A DNA stretch of 35,666 bases from an uncultured bacterium. GTDB taxonomy: Bacteria > Hydrogenedentota > Hydrogenedentia > Hydrogenedentales > JAEUWI01. This document shows, in pieces, positions 26,760 to 35,666 of this stretch. The stretch lies in the NCBI GenBank assembly GCA_963977445.1, contig CAXBPH010000040.1, forward strand, positions 1 through 35,666, read 5' to 3'. Below the pieces are notes generated by a model. That model worked only from the letters and a program-made list of their open reading frames with translations, did no database searches and was not told where the DNA came from. Positions within the stretch are counted from its first letter, which is position 1. Every line of letters begins with the position of its first letter. A program made the position numbers and the translations under genes.

Positions 26760-29102
26760 TCACGAATTAGTTTCATGGCCAAGCGCCAGCATGTTGGCAA
26801 AACACCGAAGTGCACCAGGATGCAGCTCCCGTAATTGCCGGTACCAACCCAACGCCGTGTAGACGTAATTACCTTTTCCATGCTGGGCTACAAGGTAGGA
26901 TCCTGGTGGAATTTCTTCGCCGGGATCCGTGGTCGCGATCAAAGGCGTATAGGCTTCGTTCCAGGTCTCGGGAAAATACAATCCCCGTTCCTGAATCCAG
27001 TCGGCCCAATCCCCTTGCGCAATACGATTGGGTGTTGTAAACAGCGGATGGTCGGGAACGAGAATTTCCATGGGGGCATCTTCACGGGTAACCCGGTTCC
27101 TGGAGAGGCTAATTGGATAGGGCGCGTAGCCCACGTTCCAATCAAAAGTCTTTTGATACATGACCAGAAGCGTCCCGCCCCGCTCCACATAGTCGAGTAC
27201 AGTCACGTTGTTCGCGACAAGGTCGGGGCGATACTGATAGGCACGTATGTCGACAATAATCGAGGTAAACGCATCCAGACGTTCTGGAAGGAAGTCATCG
27301 GGCTCAATAAGTTCATAGGGTACCGACAGCGTTTCGAGCGTCCGCGCAAAGGTGTCGTCATAACTTTGAATAACGCCCACGTTAATGTTTTCGGGGACGA
27401 CAAGATCGGCCACGCGCAGGGTGACTTCCTCACTGTTTTTTCGGCCGATTACCTGCGCAAAAACCTGCACATCTCCTTGTTCCAGTTCAGCGGGCGGGGT
27501 CACCGTGAAGGAAACATAGCGTTGAGCGCCCTCGCTGTCGAGGGACACGGACAACCGCTCCGGTGAAGATTCCCAACCCGGAGGCACACTCAGGCTCAAG
27601 TATTCTGCCAATGGGCCCGCAAAATTATTGGTAACCAGCAAGCGAACGGCCATCGGGCCAACGTCATTTTTTTGAATCAGGTAGGGCGCGTCGGGACAGG
27701 TAATGCTCAGAGGTGACGCCACGTCAACGTATACGGGCACATCCATCTGCAATATGGCATCGCCACAATTGACGCTGGCCTCCACCACGAGCTGTGGCAC
27801 AAGAAAGTCGGGCGAAAACAAGCGGGGGGCCAGTGGTAAGGTCTCAACCGACTGGGGAGAAATCTTGAACTTGAAGTTTCCCAGGGCACTGCCCGTTTTA
27901 TGCATGGGTGCCTGAATACGGTGCGAACCGATATCGCCCAGGCCCTGTTGTTCCTCCAACTTCAGCTCGACCTCGATGGAATCTCTATCCCCAAAGTCTA
28001 CCAGTTGGGCCGTAACTTCGACGGCCTGCCCGGCCGTAACGACTTCATCGCTTAACTTAATCTGCATGCGCAGCTCTGTCGCCAAAAGGGCAGCACGATT
28101 GGCGGTGGCCCAACGCTTCTTTTCCTCAAAACTTCCTTCGCGAAACGAGTCGTGTTCTTTCAGCCAGGGGAGCAGAATTTCTTTGGCCTCGGCGCGCGTT
28201 ATCCAGCGGGAGGGCAGTTGCGGCCGCTCGGCGCTCTCGGCGTAAGGCAACCCTTCAAAAAGAGGACCGCGCCTGGTCACAAGGGGTGTGCCCGACTTTC
28301 CCCGTCGGATACTGAAAGGATGGTAATAGGTCATGGGCTGGGAGGACAACAACAAGTCGATGAAAAATCGCATCCCCTGTGATTTGTGCACTTCCAGCGC
28401 GCTCGCGGCGATTTCCGCTATGGTCATGCCGCGCACGGGCTCCAGCGTCGCGATATCGTTGGGCGTTGTGCCTTCACCGCCGCGAAAGTCGCGAATATAG
28501 AGACGCAACGGCTGCCAGGGCTCGAGACCCGCCCGGAGGTGCTCCGGAAACTTCTCCGGGTCACCGGCCAAATCAAAGGCTTCCTGAACGATCAAGCCGA
28601 TAGCCTGGTGGTGCCCGTGATCCTGCATACGCCCGTGGTTGGTGATGATCACATGGGGGCGGGTCTCGCGTATGACCCGTACCATGCGCTCCATGGCAAC
28701 ATCCTTCCCCCAGATATCAAAGGTTTCTTCGATGGATTTGGAATAGCCAAACTCCGGCAGATTCAGAAAATGGAGCGTTGCCCCTTCGATCTTGGCGGCG
28801 GCGGCCATTTCACGGGACCGTATGACGCCCAGTTCGTTGTAAAGTTCCGAGCCGAGTTCATTTTGCCCCCCTTCCCCCCGGGTAGCGATAACCGCATGGG
28901 TTTCCACGCCGTGAAGCATGCGATAGTAGGCGAGGGTTGCGCCGTCTTCATCGTCTGGGTGGGCCGCCACGCACATGAGGCGCAGGTCGGTCTGCAGATC
29001 GAGCAAGGCCTGTCGAAAGGCCACTTCACCCAATTCCTGGGCCGGCACGGTCAGCGCCAACATACCAAGAATGGACAGGAGGATTGTCTTGCGTATTATC
29101 AT
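26760..29102 (-). CDS. Exported PIG-L/LmbE-family deacetylase with NEW3-like and C-terminal GATase-like domains
   Basis: Signal peptide, AHPDDE, TRGEGGQN, HGHH, LSVPPGW, WIQERGLYF and RQL..HPGA tail typical of long LmbE proteins. Confidence 0.9.
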   Translation of the reverse strand: MIIRKTILLSILGMLALTVPAQELGEVAFRQALLDLQTDLRLMCVAAHPDDEDGATLAYYRMLHGVETHAVIATRGEGGQNELGSELYNELGVIRSREMAAAAKIEGATLHFLNLPEFGYSKSIEETFDIWGKDVAMERMVRVIRETRPHVIITNHGRMQDHGHHQAIGLIVQEAFDLAGDPEKFPEHLRAGLEPWQPLRLYIRDFRGGEGTTPNDIATLEPVRGMTIAEIAASALEVHKSQGMRFFIDLLLSSQPMTYYHPFSIRRGKSGTPLVTRRGPLFEGLPYAESAERPQLPSRWITRAEAKEILLPWLKEHDSFREGSFEEKKRWATANRAALLATELRMQIKLSDEVVTAGQAVEVTAQLVDFGDRDSIEVELKLEEQQGLGDIGSHRIQAPMHKTGSALGNFKFKISPQSVETLPLAPRLFSPDFLVPQLVVEASVNCGDAILQMDVPVYVDVASPLSITCPDAPYLIQKNDVGPMAVRLLVTNNFAGPLAEYLSLSVPPGWESSPERLSVSLDSEGAQRYVSFTVTPPAELEQGDVQVFAQVIGRKNSEEVTLRVADLVVPENINVGVIQSYDDTFARTLETLSVPYELIEPDDFLPERLDAFTSIIVDIRAYQYRPDLVANNVTVLDYVERGGTLLVMYQKTFDWNVGYAPYPISLSRNRVTREDAPMEILVPDHPLFTTPNRIAQGDWADWIQERGLYFPETWNEAYTPLIATTDPGEEIPPGSYLVAQHGKGNYVYTALGWYRQLRELHPGALRCFANMLALGHETNS

Positions 29103-29187
29103 GATTTCAGCACCTGCATTGGTATATTCATTGGAGACGGGATTATGGTAAAACCACCTTGGGGGTCACGACGATCAAGCACGGCGA

Positions 29188-30354
29188 CTACTCTTTGGGA
29201 AGGCGCTTGTCGAGTTCGTCGAGTGTAAACCGCACACTCACGACGTAGGGTTCTTCATCGGCCAGCCAGTGACCATAGGTCGTGGTCACGAAGGTGCCGT
29301 TGGGGAGCACAAGGACGCCGGGGTAGGCACAGTCAGCACCCTTTTTATTGTCCATAAGCCGGACACGATACTGACCTTCTCGTCCGTTGACGATATCATC
29401 ATAGGTGCCTACCCAGCCAACCCAGTCCCCCTTGGTTGGACTTTCCCGTGTGGTGTCGCGAAATGAAATAAACAGCCGACCATCGGGCCCATAGGCACCC
29501 GTATGCCGATCACCGGTAAGGGAAGCGGGGACCTGACGGGGTTCCGACCAGGTGAGACCTTCGTCTTCGGAAGTGATAAGGAAGGAATTCAGTTTTCGAC
29601 TGTTTTCTCGCAGTAGAACGGCCAATTGCTTCCCATCGGGCGAGCGGAATATGCCGGGCTCGCAGAGATGGGCCTCAGGGTGGGACGCAATCACTTCCGG
29701 GGCGCCCCAGCTGAGACCGCCATCTTTAGAAAGGGTCTTGTAAACCAGAAACACGGGAGGGTCTTCTTTTTTTCCACTACCATCGATAAAACGGCCATCA
29801 TCGTGAAAAAGGGCCATGTAATCGCCGTTTTTCAGCCGTTCCACACCACCCATGGCGACGATGCCGCCAAAATCGCCGATAGCGTTCAGGGGAGACCAGG
29901 TCGCCCCATCGTCTTCGGAGACGGCCATGCGGATTGGATAGAGGCCGGAAAAGATGATGAGTCGTTTGACGCCTGCGGCATCGATGACCCGATGAATGGT
30001 CGGCACTTCCTTGGAGGTGGCCCAGTTTTCCGGCACGGCCAGTCGGTCGCTCCAGCTAAGGCCGCCGTCGGTGCTGCGCTTCATTACGATGGCACCCCGG
30101 CCGTGGCCTTTCGGATACACCACGATGATGGTTTTGTTGTCTTCCAGCAGCACCGTGGTGGGATGGCCCAGGTATTGGCCCGCCTCACGATCGACAATGA
30201 CCTGACGATCGGTTTCTGCGCTAAGATCAACCACGGGCACGGTGTAGCCCGGCGGGAGAGGCTCTTCGGCTGCGAAAGCCGGAGCGCCAAGCAAGCACGT
30301 GAGTAGCAGAGCAAAGGGAATTATTCTTGAATGCCTTTTTTTAGTGGACTTCAT
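29188..30354 (-). CDS. Exported BNR/Asp-box sialidase-family beta-propeller protein
   Basis: Signal peptide and four Asp boxes (STDGGLSW, SEDDGATW, SKDGGLSW, SEDEGLTW), CEP and DCAYP motifs. Confidence 0.88.
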   Translation of the reverse strand: MKSTKKRHSRIIPFALLLTCLLGAPAFAAEEPLPPGYTVPVVDLSAETDRQVIVDREAGQYLGHPTTVLLEDNKTIIVVYPKGHGRGAIVMKRSTDGGLSWSDRLAVPENWATSKEVPTIHRVIDAAGVKRLIIFSGLYPIRMAVSEDDGATWSPLNAIGDFGGIVAMGGVERLKNGDYMALFHDDGRFIDGSGKKEDPPVFLVYKTLSKDGGLSWGAPEVIASHPEAHLCEPGIFRSPDGKQLAVLLRENSRKLNSFLITSEDEGLTWSEPRQVPASLTGDRHTGAYGPDGRLFISFRDTTRESPTKGDWVGWVGTYDDIVNGREGQYRVRLMDNKKGADCAYPGVLVLPNGTFVTTTYGHWLADEEPYVVSVRFTLDELDKRLPKE

Positions 30355-30467
30355 GGTGCGTACCTCTCACAGGATTTGCCATAATCCGAGTATCCATTGA
30401 ATGAATATGGAGCATAACACATTCCCCTTTTATATCGGCAAGGCCCGTAGACGGAAACCCACCTACC

Positions 30468-31130
30468 ATGGATCGCAACGAGCGAACGCAGTTTTTGAAA
30501 GAACACGGAATTATCGCCATTGTTCGGGCAGACCAGGGTGGCGACATCCTCATCCGCGCTATAGAGGCCCTGGTTAACGGGGGTATTCGCTGTGTGGAAG
30601 TGACCATGACCACCCCGGGTGCCCTCCAATGTCTGGAACAGGCCTCCCGTGAATTCGAGGGCGCCAATGTGCTGCTCGGTGTGGGCAGCGTCCTGGATAG
30701 CGAGACGGCACGACTGGCCATCCTGTCGGGTGCGGAATACCTCGTGTGTCCCGTTACCGTTGGCGAAACCATACGGATGGGCCATCGTTATGGCGTCCCC
30801 GTACTGCCTGGTGCCTTCACGCCCACCGAAATTTTTCACGCCTGGGAGTTGGGCGGTGACTTAATCAAAGTATTTCCCGCGACCCTCGGCGGGCTCGACT
30901 ATATCAAGGCCGTCATGGCGCCCATGCCCAACATACCCCTCGTGCCCACGGGCGGCGTTACGGTCGATAATCTCCACACCTTTGTAGCCGCCGGTGTCGC
31001 TGCCGTGGGGGTAGGCACAGCTCTCGTATCACGGGAATCGCTGGTGTCGGAAGACTTTGAAGGCATCAAAATGCGGGCACGGCGCTTTGCCGAGGCCTAC
31101 GCGATAGCAAAGGCTGACTCCCAGGGCTAA
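30468..31130 (+). CDS. eda: KDPG/KHG aldolase
   Basis: IAIVR, VEVT, GVGSV, PGAFTPTE, KVFPA (Schiff-base Lys), PTGGV. Confidence 0.93.
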   Translation: MDRNERTQFLKEHGIIAIVRADQGGDILIRAIEALVNGGIRCVEVTMTTPGALQCLEQASREFEGANVLLGVGSVLDSETARLAILSGAEYLVCPVTVGETIRMGHRYGVPVLPGAFTPTEIFHAWELGGDLIKVFPATLGGLDYIKAVMAPMPNIPLVPTGGVTVDNLHTFVAAGVAAVGVGTALVSRESLVSEDFEGIKMRARRFAEAYAIAKADSQG

Positions 31131-31193
31131 AGTAATTTCCTCCCCTGTCGATAAGTTACTCAGACGCAGGAACAACGAGGAAAGGCCAACGCA

Positions 31194-31400
31194 ATGAATG
31201 CTCAGCTTACAGTCAGTGAAGATGTAAAACTTACGGCACAATCGGTACTCGAATCGCAGCCCGCACTGGAATGCACCCTGAAACGCTACGCGGCAGAACT
31301 CGGTGTATCCCTCGATCACCTGATTATTGGTTCCCTCATGACCGTCGCCGAGGAATATCGGAATGCCACGGGCAATGGACAAATTCCCTGCCTCCATTAA
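31194..31400 (+). CDS. Small hypothetical protein (68 aa), possibly ribbon-helix-helix-like
   Basis: GAGGAAAGG RBS upstream and a strong terminator 13 bp after the stop; LECTLKRYAAELGVSLDHLIIGSL resembles RHH helices. Confidence 0.7.
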   Translation: MNAQLTVSEDVKLTAQSVLESQPALECTLKRYAAELGVSLDHLIIGSLMTVAEEYRNATGNGQIPCLH

Positions 31401-31413
31401 ACTACCTACGCTG

Positions 31414-31445
31414 ACGGGCCGAAGTTACTTCGGCCCGTTTTTTTT
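31414..31445 (+). terminator. Intrinsic terminator
   Basis: ACGGGCCGAAG-TTA-CTTCGGCCCGT followed by a T tract. Confidence 0.9.
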
Positions 31446-31604
31446 GTGTCTCCGCCAACTGGCCGCAGCCATTTTTCTCCAATTCAACGTCTCCGAACCG
31501 ACCACTACCTTGCCATGTCACAAGGGTACGTTTGTGATCCGAGACCACTTTGTGGAATGCTGCTCTATCGATCAGCCATCTTTTGAAGTGAAAAGGAGAG
31601 TATT

Positions 31605-32924
31605 ATGAAGACCAACCGCAGAACATTTTTGAAGGCCGCCACTGCCCTTTCGGCGGTGCCCTTCATTCTCCCATCCAAAGTATGGGCCGCCGAAGTCCAA
31701 CCCAACAGCCAGATTTCCATGGGCTTTATCGGGACCGGTAAGCAGGCCGACCACCTCATGAACAGCTTCCTCCAGCAGCCGGTCTGCCGCGTTGTGGCGG
31801 TCTGTGATGTGGACACCACGCGCCGCACCGCCGCCCAGAACAAGGTCAATGAATTCTACACCGCCAAGCCGGAAATGGGTTCGGCGGACTGTCAGGCCTA
31901 TAACGATTTCATGGATATCATCAATCGCAAAGATATCGATGCCGTGTGTATTGCCACGCCCGACCACTGGCACGCCATTCCGGTCATCGCGGCACTCCGC
32001 GCAGGTAAAGACGTCTATTGCGAAAAACCCCTGACCCACAATATTCATGAAGCCATCGAAATCATGGATGAGGTTAAGGCCAACAAAGCCGTACTGCAGA
32101 CCGGATCCATGCAGCGCTCCATGGAAGAATTCCGCGTCGCCTGTGAACTCGTCCGAAATAACGCCATCGGTAAAATCAGCCATGTCGAGTGCAGCTTTGG
32201 CTCTCCCGGGGTGCCCTGCGACCTGCCGGAAGAGGATATGGAGCCCGGGCTCGATTGGGATCGCTGGTGCGGCCCCGGCCCCCTGCGCCCCTATAACTCC
32301 ATCTTAAGCCCCCGTGGCGTCCACACCCACTTCCCCATGTGGCGTCTCTATAAGGAATATGGCGGCGGCATGGTTTGCGATTGGGGTGCCCACCACCTCG
32401 ACATCGCCCAGTGGGGCCTCGGGATGGATGATAGTGGCCCCCGCCTCATCACACCCCCGGAAGATCCCAACGCCGTCAGCGGAGCCGTCTTGCGCTATCG
32501 CAATGGTGTCGAAGTCATCCACAAGGATGGATTCGGTGTGCACTTTTACGGCAGCGAGGGTGAAGTTAAGGTCAACCGTGGAAAATTCGAATTCTGGCGC
32601 AACGGTGAAAATATTCTCGGCAAGGGTGGCTCCATGGCCTCTACCATCGTCCACGTGCAGAAAGAATACCTGGACAACGCGAAGGTTAAACTCTATCGGA
32701 GCAACCACCACATCAAAGACTTCCTGAATTGCGTGGAGTCCCGCGAAAAGCCCATCACCAATGAACAAGTTGGTGGGCGCAGCGCCATTTGCTGTCACCT
32801 CTTGAACCAGGCCTATTACAATCACGAGTCCATCAAGTGGAAGCCAAAACGTATGAAATTTGCCTGGCGTGGCGGCGAATCGGAATGGCTCACCCGCGAG
32901 TATCGTGCACCCTGGACCGTATAA
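31605..32924 (+). CDS. Tat-exported Gfo/Idh/MocA-family oxidoreductase
   Basis: NRRTFLK twin-arginine motif, GFIGTG, IATPDHWH, CEKP, DWGAHHLD; AAGGAG RBS. Confidence 0.93.
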   Translation: MKTNRRTFLKAATALSAVPFILPSKVWAAEVQPNSQISMGFIGTGKQADHLMNSFLQQPVCRVVAVCDVDTTRRTAAQNKVNEFYTAKPEMGSADCQAYNDFMDIINRKDIDAVCIATPDHWHAIPVIAALRAGKDVYCEKPLTHNIHEAIEIMDEVKANKAVLQTGSMQRSMEEFRVACELVRNNAIGKISHVECSFGSPGVPCDLPEEDMEPGLDWDRWCGPGPLRPYNSILSPRGVHTHFPMWRLYKEYGGGMVCDWGAHHLDIAQWGLGMDDSGPRLITPPEDPNAVSGAVLRYRNGVEVIHKDGFGVHFYGSEGEVKVNRGKFEFWRNGENILGKGGSMASTIVHVQKEYLDNAKVKLYRSNHHIKDFLNCVESREKPITNEQVGGRSAICCHLLNQAYYNHESIKWKPKRMKFAWRGGESEWLTREYRAPWTV

Positions 32925-32981
32925 GGCCATTGCACACGCGACCAGCGCGGTCGTCTGATTAATTAAATCGAATCCTACGCG

Positions 32982-33027
32982 GGCGGGCTCCAGTCTCACA
33001 CATAGTGTGCTGGAGCCCGCCTCTTTT
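32982..33027 (+). terminator. Probable intrinsic terminator
   Basis: 12-bp stem GGCGGGCTCCAG/CTGGAGCCCGCC enclosing CACAC-ATA-GTGTG, followed by TCTTTT. Confidence 0.75.
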
Positions 33028-33092
33028 CACTTCGCAGTATTGTTTTTTTGCCGGGTGCAATTCGCCCGGCCCAACAAGCAGACAGGTGTAGG

Positions 33093-35444
33093 ATGAAACG
33101 TCTTAAGCGCATTTTGAAGTGGTTGTCGGTCATTCTCCTGTTGGTGCTCGCCATTCCGGCCCTCGGAATACTCGTGCTGTGGGGCACCTACCGCCACGTC
33201 GTGGATGCCGGACCCGGCACCTTGGAATCTGCGGTCCCACCCGGAACGCTGGGCGCTGAGGTAGACCCCTTTATCGCCACGGGTGGCGTCCCCTGGATGT
33301 GTGGCCATGATTCCCCGGCCGCCACGGTGCCCTTTGGCATGGTGCGACTGGCCCCCGACACCGCGTCGCTGATTCAAAATATTCGGGGCCTGAACCGCTC
33401 GGGCTATTTTTATGGCGACAATAAGATAATCGGGTTCAGCCACACCCGCCTTGTGGGGGCCGATGCGCAGGAGGGCGGCGTATTCCGCATCTTCCCGTCA
33501 ACCAGCCCCATGGCCGGTGGCGCACCGGGTGACGAGCGCTTTGCCCGGTTCTCCCACGCAGAAGAACGGGCCTTCCCAGGCTACTACGGCGTCCGCCTGC
33601 CAAAAGACGACCTCCTCGTGGAGTTGACGGCATCCACCCGGGTGGGCGTCCATCGCTACACCTTTCCGCCCCATGTCACCCCCCACCTCACCCTGGATGT
33701 TTCCAGTGTCCTCGGGGACAAGCGCAGTGAACAGGGTACCGTGACGATTCATCCCGAAACGTCTGAAGTCGAGGGAAGCGTCCGTATATTTGGCTCCTTC
33801 TCAGGGCGCTATGATGGACTGGATGTCTATTTCGTGGCCCAATGGAGTAAACCCTTTGAGCGTTTTGGCACCTGGACCGGTGACCAATTCAGTGAGAACA
33901 CCACGGATGCGGCGGGTGACAAGGTCGGTGTCGATCTTGGCTTCGCCACCACCGACGCGGCCCAGGCCATCGAAGTGCGCCTGGCCTTGTCCTATGTGAG
34001 TATCGCCAACGCCCGCGAGAATCTCGATGGAGAAGCACGCAATAAGACCTTTGAGGACGTCTACCAGACTGCGCGAGATGACTGGGAATCCCACCTCGGG
34101 CGCATCGAAGTGACGGGCGGCACAGACACACAGCGCCGTATTTTCTACACGGCCCTTTCTCGCACCTTCCAGATGCCCACCACCTTCAACGATGTCAACG
34201 GAACCTATAGGGGCTTCGACAAAGACGCCCATACTGTCACGCCGGGAACCACCTACTACACGGACTTTTCCCTGTGGGATTCCTTTCGAACGGTTCACCC
34301 CCTTTTCAATCTCATTGCCCGCGATGAACAGAGTGACATGATGAATTCGCTGGTGGCCATGGGGAACGCCGGTGGCGCCCTCCCCCGCTGGCCTTCCGGC
34401 GTAGGCTACACCAATTGCATGTTTGGCACGCCCGCCGATGTGGCCATCTCGGAAGCCTATCTCAAGGGAATACGGGGCTTCGACATAGATGCCGCCTACG
34501 GCATGATGCGGCAGACCGCCCTCGTTGGTAGACCCGATGGCACCCGCTTTGCCGGGCGAGAAGGTCTCGCGTCCTATCTGGAAAAGGGCTACTGTGCCTC
34601 CGATGCCATGTCTGATGCCGTTTCGGCCAATCTGGAATACGCCTGGTGCGATACGGCCTTGGCGTCGCTGGCCGGAGTCCTGGGCCAGGGGGAGGATGCC
34701 GCGATTTTTGCGAAGCACGCTCAGTCTTATCGCAACCTGTGGGACCCGGAGCGTCTCTTTTTTGTGCCCCGCGACGCCGGGGGAAACTTCACCGATCTCT
34801 TTGACCCCCTCGTGTTGAGCTACACCGACAAGGGACGTAAGTACACGGAAGATTTTGTAGAAGGCAGCGCCATGATGTGGCGGTGGAGTGTTCCCTATGA
34901 CCCGGCCGGGTTGGTGTCACTCTTTCCCAGCCCCGCCTATTTCGTAAGTGAACTGGAAGACTATTTTAAACAGGCCAATGAAGGCGCCGGTGAATGGACA
35001 CCCGGCTCTCACTATTGGCACGGTAATGAACCCTATTTCCACGCCGCCTATCTCTTTAATGCGGCGGGTCGTCCCGACCTCACACAAAAATGGGTCCGTC
35101 ACCTGATGGACACGAAATACAACGATAGTTACGCCGGGTTGGATGGCAACGATGACGGCGGCACCCTGTCGGCCTGGTATGTGCTCAGCGCCATGGGCTT
35201 CTATCCCATAGCAGGCACGACCCGTTACGAAATTGGTTCGCCCCTCTTCCCCGAAATGCGCCTCGATCTGGGCGCGGGCAAATCGCTTCTCATCATCGCG
35301 GAGAATTACAGTCCAGACGCCATCTACGTCGATTCGGTTCAGTTGAATGGCGACGTCATCACGGGAACATCCTTCACCCATGAGGCCATTGCCGATGGGG
35401 GCGAAGTACGCTTTCAAATGTCTACAACGCCTCGGAAGGAGTAG
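33093..35444 (+). CDS. GH92 alpha-mannosidase, N-terminal membrane anchor or signal
   Basis: VDPFI.T, PFGMV, GFSHT, FSLWDSFRT.HP, HGNEP, GNDDGGTLSAWY motifs. Start taken as ATG 33093 (MKRLKRILKW). Confidence 0.94.
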   Translation: MKRLKRILKWLSVILLLVLAIPALGILVLWGTYRHVVDAGPGTLESAVPPGTLGAEVDPFIATGGVPWMCGHDSPAATVPFGMVRLAPDTASLIQNIRGLNRSGYFYGDNKIIGFSHTRLVGADAQEGGVFRIFPSTSPMAGGAPGDERFARFSHAEERAFPGYYGVRLPKDDLLVELTASTRVGVHRYTFPPHVTPHLTLDVSSVLGDKRSEQGTVTIHPETSEVEGSVRIFGSFSGRYDGLDVYFVAQWSKPFERFGTWTGDQFSENTTDAAGDKVGVDLGFATTDAAQAIEVRLALSYVSIANARENLDGEARNKTFEDVYQTARDDWESHLGRIEVTGGTDTQRRIFYTALSRTFQMPTTFNDVNGTYRGFDKDAHTVTPGTTYYTDFSLWDSFRTVHPLFNLIARDEQSDMMNSLVAMGNAGGALPRWPSGVGYTNCMFGTPADVAISEAYLKGIRGFDIDAAYGMMRQTALVGRPDGTRFAGREGLASYLEKGYCASDAMSDAVSANLEYAWCDTALASLAGVLGQGEDAAIFAKHAQSYRNLWDPERLFFVPRDAGGNFTDLFDPLVLSYTDKGRKYTEDFVEGSAMMWRWSVPYDPAGLVSLFPSPAYFVSELEDYFKQANEGAGEWTPGSHYWHGNEPYFHAAYLFNAAGRPDLTQKWVRHLMDTKYNDSYAGLDGNDDGGTLSAWYVLSAMGFYPIAGTTRYEIGSPLFPEMRLDLGAGKSLLIIAENYSPDAIYVDSVQLNGDVITGTSFTHEAIADGGEVRFQMSTTPRKE

Positions 35445-35461
35445 GGCGGTCGAAGCGCTCT

Positions 35462-35666
35462 TAGCCCCGGAGGGGTGGCATAACGTAGCCCAGGGCGATG
35501 CGAAGCAAGCCCTGGGATCCCGGACGAAACTTTCAGATAGTCCCAGCGGGGCGACATAGAGTTTTCTGAGATGGGGCCCAATTCGCCCCCTATGTCGCCC
35601 CGCTGGGACTCGTATTGGCGTGTGTCGACCAAAACCCAGGACTCGCTACGCTCGCCGCTGGGCTAC
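35462..35666. repeat. Nested REP/BIME-like palindromic element (probably continues beyond the window)
   Basis: Perfect 21-bp inverted repeat at 35539-35559/35590-35610, enclosed by an imperfect pair GTAGCCCAGGGCG..GCCCTGGG (35485-35516) / CCCAGG..CTGGGCTAC (35635-35666), and preceded by AGCCCCGGAGGGG. Confidence 0.8.

Noticed and set aside
35462..35666. CRISPR array or tRNA at the right edge
   Set aside because: The repeats are inverted and nested rather than direct with spacers, there is no cas gene, and no cloverleaf or TTCGA T-loop context.

Overview
GC-rich bacterial chromosomal window, probably from a diderm with Tat/Sec-exported proteins; the taxon cannot be fixed from the sequence. 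Left third (1-16 kb): a cell-surface glycan locus. It holds two membrane-anchored TPR proteins, a GT4, a GalE-like epimerase, an O-antigen-ligase/Wzy_C-TPR fusion and three WcaJ-type phosphoglycosyltransferases (one intact, one frameshifted, one C-terminally truncated). Embedded in it is an FHA-GAF sigma54 activator. Directly downstream of the activator lie a paired enhancer-like site and a near-consensus -24/-12 promoter, which points across a decayed IS3-family element towards an orphan secreted coiled-coil protein. A diverged ~135-bp copy of the GT4 3' end brackets the epimerase gene. Middle (16-23.5 kb): ECF sigma/ZAS anti-sigma/periplasmic protein operon running into uppP, then cysS, ftsY, a zinc-ribbon membrane protein and tpx. 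Right (23.6-35.7 kb): exported metallophosphoesterase, REC-PAS-GGDEF cyclase, PIG-L deacetylase, BNR/sialidase-like protein, eda, a small RHH-like protein, a Tat-exported Gfo/Idh/MocA oxidoreductase, a GH92 mannosidase and a nested REP-like palindrome at the right edge. No rRNA, tRNA or CRISPR array was seen. All calls come from manual reading; no database searches were run.
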